Positions 46,746 to 57,231 of a DNA stretch of 64,000 nt are shown in pieces; the stretch's first letter is position 1; each line of letters starts with the position of its first letter. The translations under genes were made by a program, and so were the position numbers. The notes under the pieces were generated by a model. The model saw only the letters and a program-made list of their open reading frames with translations. It did no database searches and had not been told where the DNA came from. The stretch comes from Alphaproteobacteria bacterium (GTDB lineage: Bacteria; Pseudomonadota; Alphaproteobacteria; UBA828), in contig CBDEFM010000002.1 of the NCBI GenBank assembly GCA_965237415.1, positions 1,536,001 to 1,600,000 on the forward strand. The letters run 5' to 3'.

Positions 46746-48741
46746 CCCAAGTTTAACATTCGGGAGGCAGAAGTTGGCGTATTTGGGCGCCGGGTATCCG
46801 CTAACGCGTTGATTTTGCTTGTTTTCGTGTTTCACGGGCGCGATGTAGTGACATAATATTCGAGTCAGGGGGTTATCAAAGGCCGGGCCCGCCGTTATCC
46901 TCCGCCCATGTTCATCCGGCACGCCAAGATACGCACAACCGAACGCGGCGACGTCTATTACTCGTACCGCCTCGTGCGCAACGAGCGCAGCGGAGACAGG
47001 GTCCGCCAGCACACCCTGCTCAACCTCGGCAGCGACTTCGCTCGAGCGACGGCACTGGCCCGTGCTGTGCGCCCGGATCCAGCAGCTGCTCGAGCGCCAG
47101 GGCGAACTGGTGCCGCTGTCCTGTCCGCAAGAGGTGGAGCGGGATGCCCAGCGCATCGCCGCGCAACTCCTCAATCGCGCACCGCCCGCCGCAGTCGAGC
47201 GCCCCGACCTGCAGACGGTGGATGTGAGTTCCCTGGAGTTGATCCGCCCGCGCTCGGTCGGCGTCGAGAATGTCGGGCTGTGGGCCATGGAGCAGCTCGG
47301 CCTGGAGGCTCTGCTGGAGCGGCTCGGCTTCAACGGCACGCAATTTATTAGCGCGCTGGCCATGCTGGCCACCATCGGATGTGATAAATATGCATTCAAA
47401 TCAGGCCATTGCATGAACAAGCGGGCTCGGAGCGCGACAAACTGGAGGCTGGGCGCGGTGGAGGCACTAAAGCCGCCGACAATCGGGATAGGCCGAATAC
47501 GGGCGCCGACGCCGGGTCACGGATGACCGATGTCGCCTCTACCGGGCCTCCGATGCCCGCTGGCGCGGCGCGCGGCTCGAGGCCCACCTGTTCCACCTGT
47601 TCGCCTTGCCCCAAACTCACGCTGTCTGACCAACACCTTCTTCAACAAGGCCGAACGCGGCCACTCCCGCAGCGATTGCCCGCAGATGGGCCTGCTCGAC
47701 GGCGCGGGCGTGCGCCGGCGAACGGGTCAACGAAGACACGACCCTGGCGCGCTCGCGCCTTGCATGCTCCGGCGACGCTCTGGTGGTGATGGATGCGAGG
47801 GGTCGCCGAGGCCAATGCGTCTGGCTGCGCGAGACGGCTACCGCTATCTGGTCGTCAGCCGGGAATTCGACCCGGACCTGGCGATTGCCCTCGAGACCCG
47901 GTCGCGCCACGGTCCATGTGCACAGGGTGGTCGAGGCGGACGGGGGAGAGGTGCGGTCTGCTACTCCGAGGCGCGGGCGAAGACGGAACAGGGCATTGCC
48001 GCGCGCTTCGCCGCGCGCTTCGAGGGTGACGCAAGCTCCACGACGGCCTCAAGCGCCCGCGCACCCGCAAGCGGCCGACCATGTCTGGCGCGGATCGGCC
48101 GGATCAAGGAGAAGAGCCGCGGTGTCGGGGGCACTACGGCGATGTCATCGCCGATGACAGCAGGCCCGCGCCGTCACTTGGGAACGCCGCCCGCTCGCCG
48201 GCACCATGATCATCCCGGCGTCTACTGCCTGCGCACCAACGTCGAGGACTGGGACGAGGAGACGTTGTGGCGCACTTATACTGCGCTCACAGATGTGGAG
48301 GCCGTGTTCCGCTCGCTCAAATCCGAACTCGGCCTGCGCCCCATCTTCCACCAGACCCAGAAGCGCTCCGACGGGCACCTGTTCATCACCGTGATCGCCT
48401 ACCAGCTGGTGCAGACCATCCGCCGGCGCCTCGGCGAGCAGGGGGAGCGCGCAAGCTGGGCCAGCCTGCGACGCATTCTCGAAGGCCAGCAGCGCGTCAC
48501 GGCAACCTTCCGGCGCAAGGACGGCCGCACCCTTCATGTGCGCAAACCGACGCGCGCGGAGCTCCGACAACGGGCCATCTATCAGGCGCTCGGCGCAGAC
48601 CCCGTTCCCGGAGGCATCAGGAAGATGATCGTCTGACCCCGAATCCGGCACAGGCAACCGAAATGTAGTGCCATACGCGGAATTCTTGCTCCCCAACGCA
48701 TTGATAAACAACAGACTTCGAAACGGGTTGTTAAACTTGGG
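46746..48741 (+). mobile_element. IS1634-family element with heavily frameshifted transposase
   Basis: 13-bp IRs CCCAAGTTTAACA / TGTTAAACTTGGG; fragments YRLVRNER..RVRQHTLLNLG, GHS...R.DCPQ, GVYCLRTN, VEAVFRSLKSELGLRPIFHQ. Confidence 0.82.
47376..47536 (+). repeat. Near-copy of the lacI promoter and 5' region (48775-48928) inside IS1634
   Basis: CGGATGTGATAAATATGCATTCAAATCAGGCC...GATGACCGATGTCGC repeated with small indels. Confidence 0.9.
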
Positions 48742-48851
48742 TTAGGAATCGTGTCAATGCTGGCAATTTTTCCCGGATGTGATAAATATGCATTCAAATC
48801 AGGCCATTGCATGAACAAGCGGCCGAGCGGACAAACTGGAGGCTGGGCGCG

Positions 48852-49928
48852 GTGGAGGCACTAAAGCCGCCGACAATCGGGATAGGCCGAATACGGGGCC
48901 GACGCCGGGTCACGATGACCGATGTCGCGCGCGTGGCCGGCTGCTCCCAGTCCACCGTCTCCTTCGTTCTCAACAACAACACCGCGGTCCAGATCTCCGA
49001 AGCGACCCGGCAACGGGTCAAACGCGTCGCGGACGATCTTGGTTACGAGGGTGTGCCGGCTCTGGCCAGAGGAGAGGCCAATTCGACGACAGCCCAAGTC
49101 ATCGCCTTCGTCGTAGACAGCCTCTCGACGAGCTGGGAAGCTCCGGCCGCGCTCGCAGGCGTCAGGCAGGCGGCTTGCAGTGCCGGTGCTCTGGTTCTGG
49201 CCACGGAGACCCAGAATGATCCGCGGATCGAGCCGAAAACACTGTCCCTCCTGATCGAGCAGGAGGTCGAGGCGATTATCTACGCCTGTGTCCACACCAG
49301 GGAGGTCGTTCTGCCCGACACGCTGAAGGCGACCGACATCCCGGTCTATCTGCTTAATTGCCATACCAAGGACAACGCCCGTCCCGCAGTCGTGCCCAGC
49401 GAAATCGCGGGCGGTCAGCGCGCAACCAATGTCCTGATCGATGCCGGGCACACCCGCATCGCCACCATCACTGGCGAGCCCTACATGGCGGCGACCGGGG
49501 ATCGCTTGACAGGCTATAGGAGAGCCCTGGCAACGGTGGACATTCCCTTCGATCCAAGCCTCGTCGTCGAGGGAGACTGGTCCGCCAGCGCCGGGTTCAA
49601 CGGCACCATGAAGCTCCTGGAACTCGACCGGGCGCCGACGGCGATATTCTGCCAGAACGATCGCATGGCGATCGGCTGCTACGAGGCGCTGAAAGAAAGC
49701 GGATACGCGATTCCCGGCGACATGTCGGTCGTCGGCTATGATGACGAGGAGATCTCCCGCCATCTCTTCCCGCCGCTGACGACACTGATCCTGCCACATC
49801 GGGCCATGGGATTCTGGGTGGTCGAGCAGCACGTTCACCCGCCGACAAGGCGAGACGACCCCTTTGTGGTGACCAAGCTCGAGTGCGAGCTTGTCGAGCG
49901 CAACTCCGTAGCCGCCCCGAGAGGGTAG
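48852..49928 (+). CDS. LacI-family transcriptional regulator
   Basis: VTMTDVARVAGCSQSTVSFVLN, GHTRIA, PTAIFCQND.MAIG, SVVGYDD, PPLTT; start uncertain. Confidence 0.9.
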   Translation: MEALKPPTIGIGRIRGRRRVTMTDVARVAGCSQSTVSFVLNNNTAVQISEATRQRVKRVADDLGYEGVPALARGEANSTTAQVIAFVVDSLSTSWEAPAALAGVRQAACSAGALVLATETQNDPRIEPKTLSLLIEQEVEAIIYACVHTREVVLPDTLKATDIPVYLLNCHTKDNARPAVVPSEIAGGQRATNVLIDAGHTRIATITGEPYMAATGDRLTGYRRALATVDIPFDPSLVVEGDWSASAGFNGTMKLLELDRAPTAIFCQNDRMAIGCYEALKESGYAIPGDMSVVGYDDEEISRHLFPPLTTLILPHRAMGFWVVEQHVHPPTRRDDPFVVTKLECELVERNSVAAPRG

Positions 49929-50229
49929 CCGCTTCCCAGAGGTAACTCGCGACGCTGGACGGTGGTGCTTGACAGTCGTCTGTGTTGTTCGCCGCGAGAG
50001 TTCGACGCCGATCGGCGCGCTAACTCATTGACCTGACTGCAATGTGAGGGGTCAACACGTCACGCCGAACAATAGTCTGGCGGTACGGCCTCGGCTGGCA
50101 CGCGCCCAAGAGGGGCGATGAGCCCCTGGTACTCGATTCGCTGGTCATGGGCGATCTCGTTCATCAGACGCTTGAACGCGCCCTGCGAACGCCGGAGGTG
50201 GATGGCAGCCTCGCCAACGCTGCTCCGCC

Positions 50230-50301
50230 GACCATCCAGCTTGGCCGAGAAACCGTCAATGCCCTAACATTCAAACTGGACCAGTCGCCGGGGGCAGGTC
50301 A
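50230..50301 (+). mobile_element. IS3-family right-end remnant
   Basis: LAEKPSMP* then CATTCAAACTGGACCAGTCGCCGGGGGCAGGTCA ending in CA. Confidence 0.5.
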
Positions 50302-50423
50302 GCAGAACTCCATTCCACTCGCCCGTAAAACCCGCTGTACTTCGAGTGCGTCGGTTATAGTAAGGCGAGGCCTGTTTCTGCGTAGCATATTTGCGTACGA
50401 CAATTTGGTGACGGGAGGCAACT

Positions 50424-51518
50424 GTGGATACACAGGAACGACTCGATTCCCTTCTTCGAGAATTCGACGCGTTGAGTCGGCATTCTGTTGGCTATCCCTG
50501 CAATCAGGATTTCGACTACACCGCACTGCTGCCCTTTATGCGATACGCTATCAACAACGTGGGCGACCCTTTCCACGACAGCAACTTCCGCAGTAACACC
50601 CACCAGATGGAGCGTGAGGTCATCGGCATCTTCGCTGACTTGATGCATATCTCGCGCGAACAGATGTGGGGCTACGTCACGTCGGGCGGCACCGAGGGCA
50701 ATATGTACGGCCTGTACCTGGGGCGGGAACTCTATCCGGACGGCGTGGTCTATTTCTCGCAGGATACTCACTACAGCGTGGTCAAGATTATGAGCGTGCT
50801 GAAAGTGCGCAACATCATGATAAGGAGCCAAGACAATGGCGAGATAGATTACGACGACCTCTACGAGACGATTCGCATCAACCGGGACGTGCCCGCAATA
50901 ATGATGGCGAACATAGGCACGACCATGAAGGGCGCGATAGACGACGTGGGCAAGATCCGTGACATCCTGAACGACCTCGCGGTGACCAGGTCCTACTTAC
51001 ACGCGGACGCTGCCCTGAGCGGCATGATACTGCCGTTCGTGGACGACCCGCAGCCCTACGGGTTCGATGTCGGGTTCGACAGCGTGTCGGTCAGCGGGCA
51101 CAAGATGGTCGGCTCGCCACTGCCCTGCGGCGTCGCCCTGACCCGGCGCGAATACGTGTCGCGCATCGCGCGTGCCATCGAATACGTGGGCGTGTTGGAC
51201 ACCACGCTCACAGGCTCACGCAACGCCCTCACGCCGCTGATGATGTGGTACGCGTTCGAGCAGCAGGGGCTGGACGGCTTCAGGCGCATCGTGAACGGAT
51301 GCCTTGAGACGGCGGAATACGCGGTTACGCGCTTCAACGACGGCGGCATCCCTGCGTGGCGCAACAAGAACTCGGTCACCGTCGTGTTCCCCAGGCCGCC
51401 AGCAGATGTCGTACGCAAGTGGCAGCTCGCACCCTACGAGGACATCGCGCACCTCATCGCGATGCCGCACGTAACACGCGAGACTATCGACGCCGTGGTG
51501 GACGACTGCATGGCGTAA
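50424..51518 (+). CDS. PLP-dependent group II decarboxylase, histidine decarboxylase-like
   Basis: GYP.NQDFDY, INNVGDP, WGYVTSGGTEGN, THYSV, HADAALSG, SGHKMVGSPLPCG, GSRN. Confidence 0.85.
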   Translation: MDTQERLDSLLREFDALSRHSVGYPCNQDFDYTALLPFMRYAINNVGDPFHDSNFRSNTHQMEREVIGIFADLMHISREQMWGYVTSGGTEGNMYGLYLGRELYPDGVVYFSQDTHYSVVKIMSVLKVRNIMIRSQDNGEIDYDDLYETIRINRDVPAIMMANIGTTMKGAIDDVGKIRDILNDLAVTRSYLHADAALSGMILPFVDDPQPYGFDVGFDSVSVSGHKMVGSPLPCGVALTRREYVSRIARAIEYVGVLDTTLTGSRNALTPLMMWYAFEQQGLDGFRRIVNGCLETAEYAVTRFNDGGIPAWRNKNSVTVVFPRPPADVVRKWQLAPYEDIAHLIAMPHVTRETIDAVVDDCMA

Positions 51519-51549
51519 CAGCAACACAAGACGAAACGGGGACAATCGC

Positions 51550-51942
51550 ATGACCAGGATCGTAGTAATAGCAAACAACGAGGCAGGCGTTATCGCCGAC
51601 ATCGCCGGAGCATTGGCCGACCGCAACATCAATATCGAAACCATCAGCACAGAGGCACTCGGGGAAAAGGGCGCGATAACGCTCACCACGGACGACTACG
51701 ACGGCGCCCTGCGCGCGCTGACGGACGCGGGATTCAAGACGGTATCCGACGACGCGCTAATCCTGAGACTGCACGACGAACCGGGCGCGCTGGCCAAGCT
51801 GGCGGAGAAGTTCAAGCAGGGCGGCGTGAATATCCAGAGCCTACACATACTGGACCGCCGAAACGGCCACACCACGGTAGCCATATCCGCCGACGACCGC
51901 GCCAAAGCGGAGGCGCTGGTGGAGCCGGAGACGGCAGTGTAG
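51550..51942 (+). CDS. Tandem ACT-domain protein
   Basis: NEAGVIADIAGALADRNINI and DEPGALAKLAEKFKQGGVNI. Confidence 0.85.
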   Translation: MTRIVVIANNEAGVIADIAGALADRNINIETISTEALGEKGAITLTTDDYDGALRALTDAGFKTVSDDALILRLHDEPGALAKLAEKFKQGGVNIQSLHILDRRNGHTTVAISADDRAKAEALVEPETAV

Positions 51943-51976
51943 GAGGGAAGACACGGGGCGTAATTTATGTTGGCAG

Positions 51977-52050
51977 TGTCAACGGCGGCGTAATAATGTA
52001 CCGGCGCGGCGGCGTAAAATTGTCCCACGGGCTCGGTGGCAGCTTGTCCC
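51977..52050 (+). mobile_element. IS21-family terminal remnant
   Basis: TGTCAACGGCGGCGTAATAATGTACC...GGCGGCGTAAAATTGTCC; TG end with tandem internal repeats. Confidence 0.6.
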
Positions 52051-52125
52051 CGTAGATCCTATGAGGCGACTCGGCGAGCGGCGCTACGGTGCCGCCGGCC
52101 AGGAATCCTCAAAAGGAGACACGAG

Positions 52126-52678
52126 ATGCCCCCAAGTAGCGACATCGTCGCGCCGGCCGGCGCGGAGCACAACACGCTGTACGTCGCGATCGAGATAAGC
52201 CGGAAGAGTTGGGTCATCGGGATCAAGAGCCCGGCGAGTGAGCGGATCGGCCTGCACTCGCTTGGCGCAGCGGACGTCGTAGGTCTCAGGGATCTGATCG
52301 AGCATCAGCAGACCAAGGCCGAACGCGCGCTCGGCCGTGAAGTGCGTGTTCTGTGCTGTTACGAAGCGGGCTACGAGGGGTTCTGGCTGGCGCGCTGGCT
52401 GGACCGAACGATGTCTGTCGAGACGGTCGTGCTCGATCCTGCGAGCCTTTTGGTGAACCGAAAGGCGAAGCAGCGCAGGACGGATCGGATCGACGCCAGG
52501 AAGATGGTGCGCGCGCTGCTGGCGCACGACCGGGGCGACGCGGCGGTGCTCAGCCGGGTGCGGATACCGAGCGTTGAGGAGGAAGACCGCAAGCGATTGC
52601 TCCGGGAGCGCCGGCGCCTGGTGAAGGAGCGGACATCGCTGACCAACGCGGTCAAAGGGCTCCTGAAGCTGCACGGTA
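52126..52678 (+). pseudogene. IS110-family transposase, N-terminal half only
   Basis: VAIEISRKSW, CYEAGYEGFWL, RTDRIDA; breaks off at LLKLHG. Confidence 0.8.
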
Positions 52679-53953
52679 CCGAGCGAGGATCGCCTCCATC
52701 TGTTCCCAAGTGAACCATCCTTTCTGGCCGCGGCGGGCGAGCCACCGCTTCCAGGTCAAGATGACCCGTTTCAGGAACCACCGGATGCGTTTGTTGTTGC
52801 CCGTCAGACCGTAATAGGCGTAGTGCCCACGGAGCACGCGAGAGAGATGCGCGTGCTGGTCCGCGAGCCGCCAGTGCCGGTGTCGCTTGCACCACTCCCA
52901 GACCGCTCGCAGCGCACGGGCATAGCGGCCCTTGGCCGTGATCTGGCGAACGACGTCCTTACCTCGTCTCGACTTGCCCCAGACATGGGTGAAGCCGAGG
53001 AAGTCGAACGTCGTGCCCACGGTTGTCGGGTGCCGCCCGCGCGGACGCTTGAACCGGAAGTCGACAAAGCGCGTCTTGGTCTTGTGGAGCGTGAGCCCGT
53101 AGCGACCGAGACGCTTCGCCAGCGCGGCAAGCATGCGCCTGCCGCTGAGATGGTCTTCAAAGGTCAACACTGCATCGTCGGCGTACCGGACGAGCAGGCA
53201 GCGGCCCTTGAGGCGCGGTTTCGCCACGCGCTCGAACCAGACATCCAGCACATGGTGCAGGAAAACGTTCGAGAGCAGCGGCGAGATCACCCCGCCCTGA
53301 GGAGTGCCCGTTTCCGTCCGGCGGAGGCTCTCCCCTTCGAGCACCCCAGCCTTCAGCCACTTGTCGATCATGCGTCGCACGACGCCATCCTTGATCCGCA
53401 GGTCGAGGAATGACCGGAGGTGTCCGTGGTCGATGCTGTCGAAGTACTTCGCGATATCGGCATCGATCACCCAGCGGCAGCCCTGCTCCATGAAGCCTGT
53501 CCGCAGCGCTTTCAGGGCGTCATGGGCCGAGCGTCCGGGCCGAAAGCCGTACGAGCAGGGCAGAAAGCCCGCCTCGTAGATCGGCTCCAGCATCATCAGG
53601 ATCGCCCGCTGCGCCACCTTGTCTTCGAACGTCGGGATGCCGAGAGGGCGTCTCGTTCCATCCGCCTTCGGGATGTAGTGGCGGCGCACCGGCGGCGCGC
53701 GGTAGCTGCCCGACTTGATCCGGTTCAGCAGGCTTTCGAGGTTGGCCTCCAGATCCTTTTCGTAGTCGGCAGCGGTCACGCCGTCGATGCCTGTCGCCCC
53801 ATCCTTGCGCGTCCGGCGATACGCTTCACGCATCCATTCGCCGTCGATCAGGTGGTGCAGGGACGTGAACACCCGTTCCGGGTGCTCCCTCGCCTGTTCG
53901 GCTATCCACTGCTGTTTCGTTGACGTGGTCGTGGAGCTCAGTGTCTCCTCCAT
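52652..53953 (-). CDS. Group II intron reverse transcriptase/maturase, C-terminally truncated
   Basis: GIDGVT, RPLGIPT.ED, SYGFRPGRS, GTPQGGVISPLLSN, RYADD, FDFLGF, LRGHYAYYG; last residues come from IS110 antisense sequence. Confidence 0.9.
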   Translation of the reverse strand: MEETLSSTTTSTKQQWIAEQAREHPERVFTSLHHLIDGEWMREAYRRTRKDGATGIDGVTAADYEKDLEANLESLLNRIKSGSYRAPPVRRHYIPKADGTRRPLGIPTFEDKVAQRAILMMLEPIYEAGFLPCSYGFRPGRSAHDALKALRTGFMEQGCRWVIDADIAKYFDSIDHGHLRSFLDLRIKDGVVRRMIDKWLKAGVLEGESLRRTETGTPQGGVISPLLSNVFLHHVLDVWFERVAKPRLKGRCLLVRYADDAVLTFEDHLSGRRMLAALAKRLGRYGLTLHKTKTRFVDFRFKRPRGRHPTTVGTTFDFLGFTHVWGKSRRGKDVVRQITAKGRYARALRAVWEWCKRHRHWRLADQHAHLSRVLRGHYAYYGLTGNNKRIRWFLKRVILTWKRWLARRGQKGWFTWEQMEAILARYRAASGAL

Positions 53954-54561
53954 CGTTTCCCATCAGTGGGTCTGGACATGTGACGCCTCCCTTTCCTCGG
54001 ACGGGTCCCGATGGCCACGGTTCCCCGCCGTCAGCGGTACTATGAAGGCGCTACGACTTCCTGCTCCGCATGCCCTTCGGCTTATGGTTTCGCCAGCCGG
54101 GTCCATGGGTTCCTGCTTCTTTGTGTCCGCTCGCGCGCTCCCGGCGACTTGCAGGCCGATCACCGGGCCGGGGTCTTTGTTGGTCACGCTGGCCGTCCCC
54201 TTCCAGCGGTTTCCCTCATGAGCAAGAACAGGACCTCACAGGTTCCCTGGCGACCCTTCCCGTGGCTCTGCGTCTTTCCAAGACCCCGGACGACCCGTTG
54301 CACCTCGCCTGTCGCGGTGCTTCCGGTGCTGCCCCCAGGCCCAACACACCAAGGGCGTCGTCGGTCTCCATGATTTCGAGGCTTACCGAGCCGCTTCACC
54401 ACACGCTGTCTACGCTTCACGACGGGCGTTGCCGCACGCCATGCAAGACTCGCTTCCGGCTGGCGGGCTGCGCCTTTGCCGGGCGGGAGTCGAACCCGCT
54501 GGGTCGCAACGAAAGGTTTCAGTTCATGTCATCCCCCTTTCCAGGGCTTACCCTGTCGCTA
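52678..54561 (-). mobile_element. Group II intron, 3' end (domains V/VI) deleted
   Basis: about 600 nt of structured leader starting TAGCGACAGGGTAAGCCCTGGAAAGGGGG upstream of an RT/maturase ORF. Confidence 0.8.
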
Positions 54562-55746
54562 GTCACCTGGCACTGAAGTAAGGCTCAGTGTAGGCTGTTC
54601 ATCGTGGTGTGGCTGTGGAGGTCATTGCGATGGCGCGTGGTACTGGCCGGCCGATGGCGGTCTTGGTTCTGAGCGATGAAGAGCGGTCGTATCTTGAGCG
54701 TCAGGCTCGACGCCGCCGGGTCGCGCGCTCGATCTCCGATCGCTGCCGCATGATCCTGCGCTGCGCAGACGGCCTGACCAACAAGACGGTAGCCGCAGAG
54801 ATCGGCGTGCACGAGCACACGGTCGGCAAGTGGCGCCGCCGCTTCCTGAAGGAGCGCATCGAGGGGCTGTCGGATGAGCCTCGGCCGGGACGGCCGCGAA
54901 CGCTCACGGACGATCAGGTGGCCAAGGTTGTCGAGCGGACGCTCAGCGCGACGTCGGCGGACGCCACCCATTGGTCGCTGCGCTCGATGGCCAGGGAAAG
55001 CGCGGCCTTTCGCACACGACGATCTGGCGCATCTGGGGCGCCTTCGGCTTGCAGCCGCACCGCTCGGAGACCTTCAAGCTGTCGGGCGATCCGCACTTCG
55101 TGGACAAGGTCCGCGACATCGTTGGGCTCTATCTCTCGCCGCCGGACCGCGCGCTGGTGCTCTGCGTCGACGAGAAGAGCCAGATCCAGGCGCTCGACCG
55201 TACACAGCCGGTCCTGCCGATGTTGCCGGGCATGCCTGAGCGGCGCACGCACGATTACAAGCGCCACGGAACGACCTCGCTGTTCGCAGCCCTCGATGTC
55301 GCCACGGGCCGCGTCATCGGCAAGTGCTACAGACGCCACCGGGCCGGGGAGTTTCTCGACTTCCTGAAAGAGATCGACCGCTCGGTCCCCGAGGGGCTGG
55401 ACGTCCACATCGTCATGGACAATTACGCCACTCACAAGACCGCGGCGGTCAAGGCTTGGCTGGCACGGCGGCCGCACTGGCACGTCCACTTCACGCCGAC
55501 GTCGGCGTCCTGGATCAATCAGATCGAACGCTGGTTCGCCGAGTTGACGCGAAAGCAGTTGCAGCGCGGCGTGCACACCTCCACCCGCCAGCTCGAAGCC
55601 GATATCCGGGCCTTCATCGAAAAGCACAACGAAGACCCCAAGCCCTTCAGGTGGACCAAATCGGCCGACGACATCCTCGCCGCCGTCAAACGCTTCTGCC
55701 TCCGCGTCGATCAAAACTTATGCCACGAACTTTAGATTCAGGTGAC
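54562..55746 (+). mobile_element. IS630-family insertion sequence
   Basis: IRs GTCACCTGGCACTGAAGT / ACTTTAGATTCAGGTGAC; TA duplicated at 54560-54561 and 55747-55748. Confidence 0.9.
54630..55735 (+). pseudogene. IS630 transposase, frameshift near 55000
   Basis: HTH VGKWRRRF..PRPGRPR; DDE motifs [27 protein letters not shown]. Confidence 0.85.
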
Positions 55747-55748
55747 TA

Positions 55749-56353
55749 GCTGGAGCCATCAACGGCGCGACTTTATCGAGTGCGCGGCCGGCCAGGTGAG
55801 CCTGACGCAATGGTGCCAGGGATGGATCGAGCAGATCGCGGTGCTCTACCGCCTGAACGAGGCGCGTCTGGAGCATTACGACCCCGGCCTTGAGCGCCAG
55901 ACGCCAGCGTTCGATGCGGCGCAGGGCAGGCTGAAGGAGGCGCTCGACGGCCTGTTCGCGGAGGCCGAACAGGAGCTCGCCGGCCTGCCCGACCAAGCGC
56001 GCGAGGGCAAGGCGCTGCGCTCGCTGGTGAATCATCGCGAGGGGCTGTGCGTCTTCGTCGACCGGCCCCAGGTGCCGCTGGATAACAATCTCGCAGAAAG
56101 GGTGCTCAGAGGGCCGGCGATCGGAAGACGACTGTCATTCGGCTCCGACAGCGAGAACGGCGCCCGGTTCACGGCCGTGATGTACTCGGTCGTCGGCACG
56201 CTCGCCTTGAACGGCATAGACGTCCTGCGCTGGCTGGAAGCGTGGCTGGAAGCATGCGCGAAGAACGCCGGGCGTGCGCCGGACGACCTGTCGCCGTGGC
56301 TGCCATGGTCGATGAGCGAGGAGCGCAGGCGCGCCTTCATGGCGGCAGCATGA
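55749..56353 (+). pseudogene. IS66 transposase TnpC, C-terminal half
   Basis: WSHQRRDF, PLDNNLAERVLRGPAIGRR, YSVVGT..LNG, WLPW. Confidence 0.82.
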
Positions 56354-57231
56354 CCGGCCGGGTCGAGTGCCGCTATTACGGCCGCGACTTCACGGCGCAA
56401 GAAATGGCGCTGCTGCGCGCGCTGATCGCTGTCGATCCGCAGCCGACCCGCGCCGGACTGTCGCGAGAGTTCTGCCGGCTCATCGGCTGGCTCAAGCCCG
56501 ACGGCGGGCTCAAGGACATGATGGCCAGGGTCACCATGCTGGCCATGCACCGCGACGGCCTCGTCGTCCTGCCACCGCCCAAGGGGCGGCAGCACCGGCC
56601 AAAGCCCGTCGTCTTCGGGCCGGACACCGAGCCGCCGCTGCTTTCGGCTCCGACAACCCTCGACGAGGTTCGCACGATCGACCTGCGCCCCGTCGTCCGC
56701 GAGACCCGCGAGGGCAGGCTGTGGAACGAGTTCGTCGCCCGTTACCACTATCTCGGCTACAAGACCCTCGTCGGCGCCCAGATGCGCTACGCCGTCCACG
56801 ACCGAAACGGCTGGCCCATCGCCATGCTCGGCTTCTCAACCGCCGCATGGAAGCTCGCTCCGCGCGACAACTTCATCGGCTGGACGCCACGATCGCGCGA
56901 GAAGAACCTCCCGCTCGTCGTCGACAATCCGAGGTTCCTGATCCTGCCCTGGATCACCATCCCCAACCTGGGCTCGCACATCCTCGCCCTCATCCGCCGG
57001 CGCTTGCCCCTGGACTGGGCCGAGCGCTACAACACAACGCCCGTGCTCATCGAGACCTTCGTCGAAACGCCGCGATACACCGGCGCCGTATACAAGGCAT
57101 CGGGCTGGATCCATGTCGGCGCCACTCAGGGGCGCGGGCGCTACGATCGCGACAAGCTGTACGACAAACCCCGCAAAGACATCTGGCTCCGACCACTGCG
57201 AAAAGACTGGAAACGCGCCCTCAATCGCTAG
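56350..57231 (+). CDS. DUF4338 (Druantia DruA-like) domain protein
   Basis: WNEFVARYHYLGY, AAWKLAPRDNFIGW, NPRFLILPW, LIETFVE, YKASGW..VG.TQGRGR; ATGA overlap with tnpC. Confidence 0.82.
   Translation: MTGRVECRYYGRDFTAQEMALLRALIAVDPQPTRAGLSREFCRLIGWLKPDGGLKDMMARVTMLAMHRDGLVVLPPPKGRQHRPKPVVFGPDTEPPLLSAPTTLDEVRTIDLRPVVRETREGRLWNEFVARYHYLGYKTLVGAQMRYAVHDRNGWPIAMLGFSTAAWKLAPRDNFIGWTPRSREKNLPLVVDNPRFLILPWITIPNLGSHILALIRRRLPLDWAERYNTTPVLIETFVETPRYTGAVYKASGWIHVGATQGRGRYDRDKLYDKPRKDIWLRPLRKDWKRALNR

Noticed and set aside
52652-53953. RT as a retron, DGR or CRISPR-associated RT
   Set aside because: Has YADD with maturase domain X and a structured intron leader; no template/variable repeat pair, msr-msd or cas genes seen
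54985-55015. Programmed ribosomal frameshift in the IS630 transposase
   Set aside because: No clear slippery run; AGCGCGGC looks like a 2-bp GC insertion
56350-57231. Complete Druantia defence system
   Set aside because: No DruE helicase or other dru genes in the window
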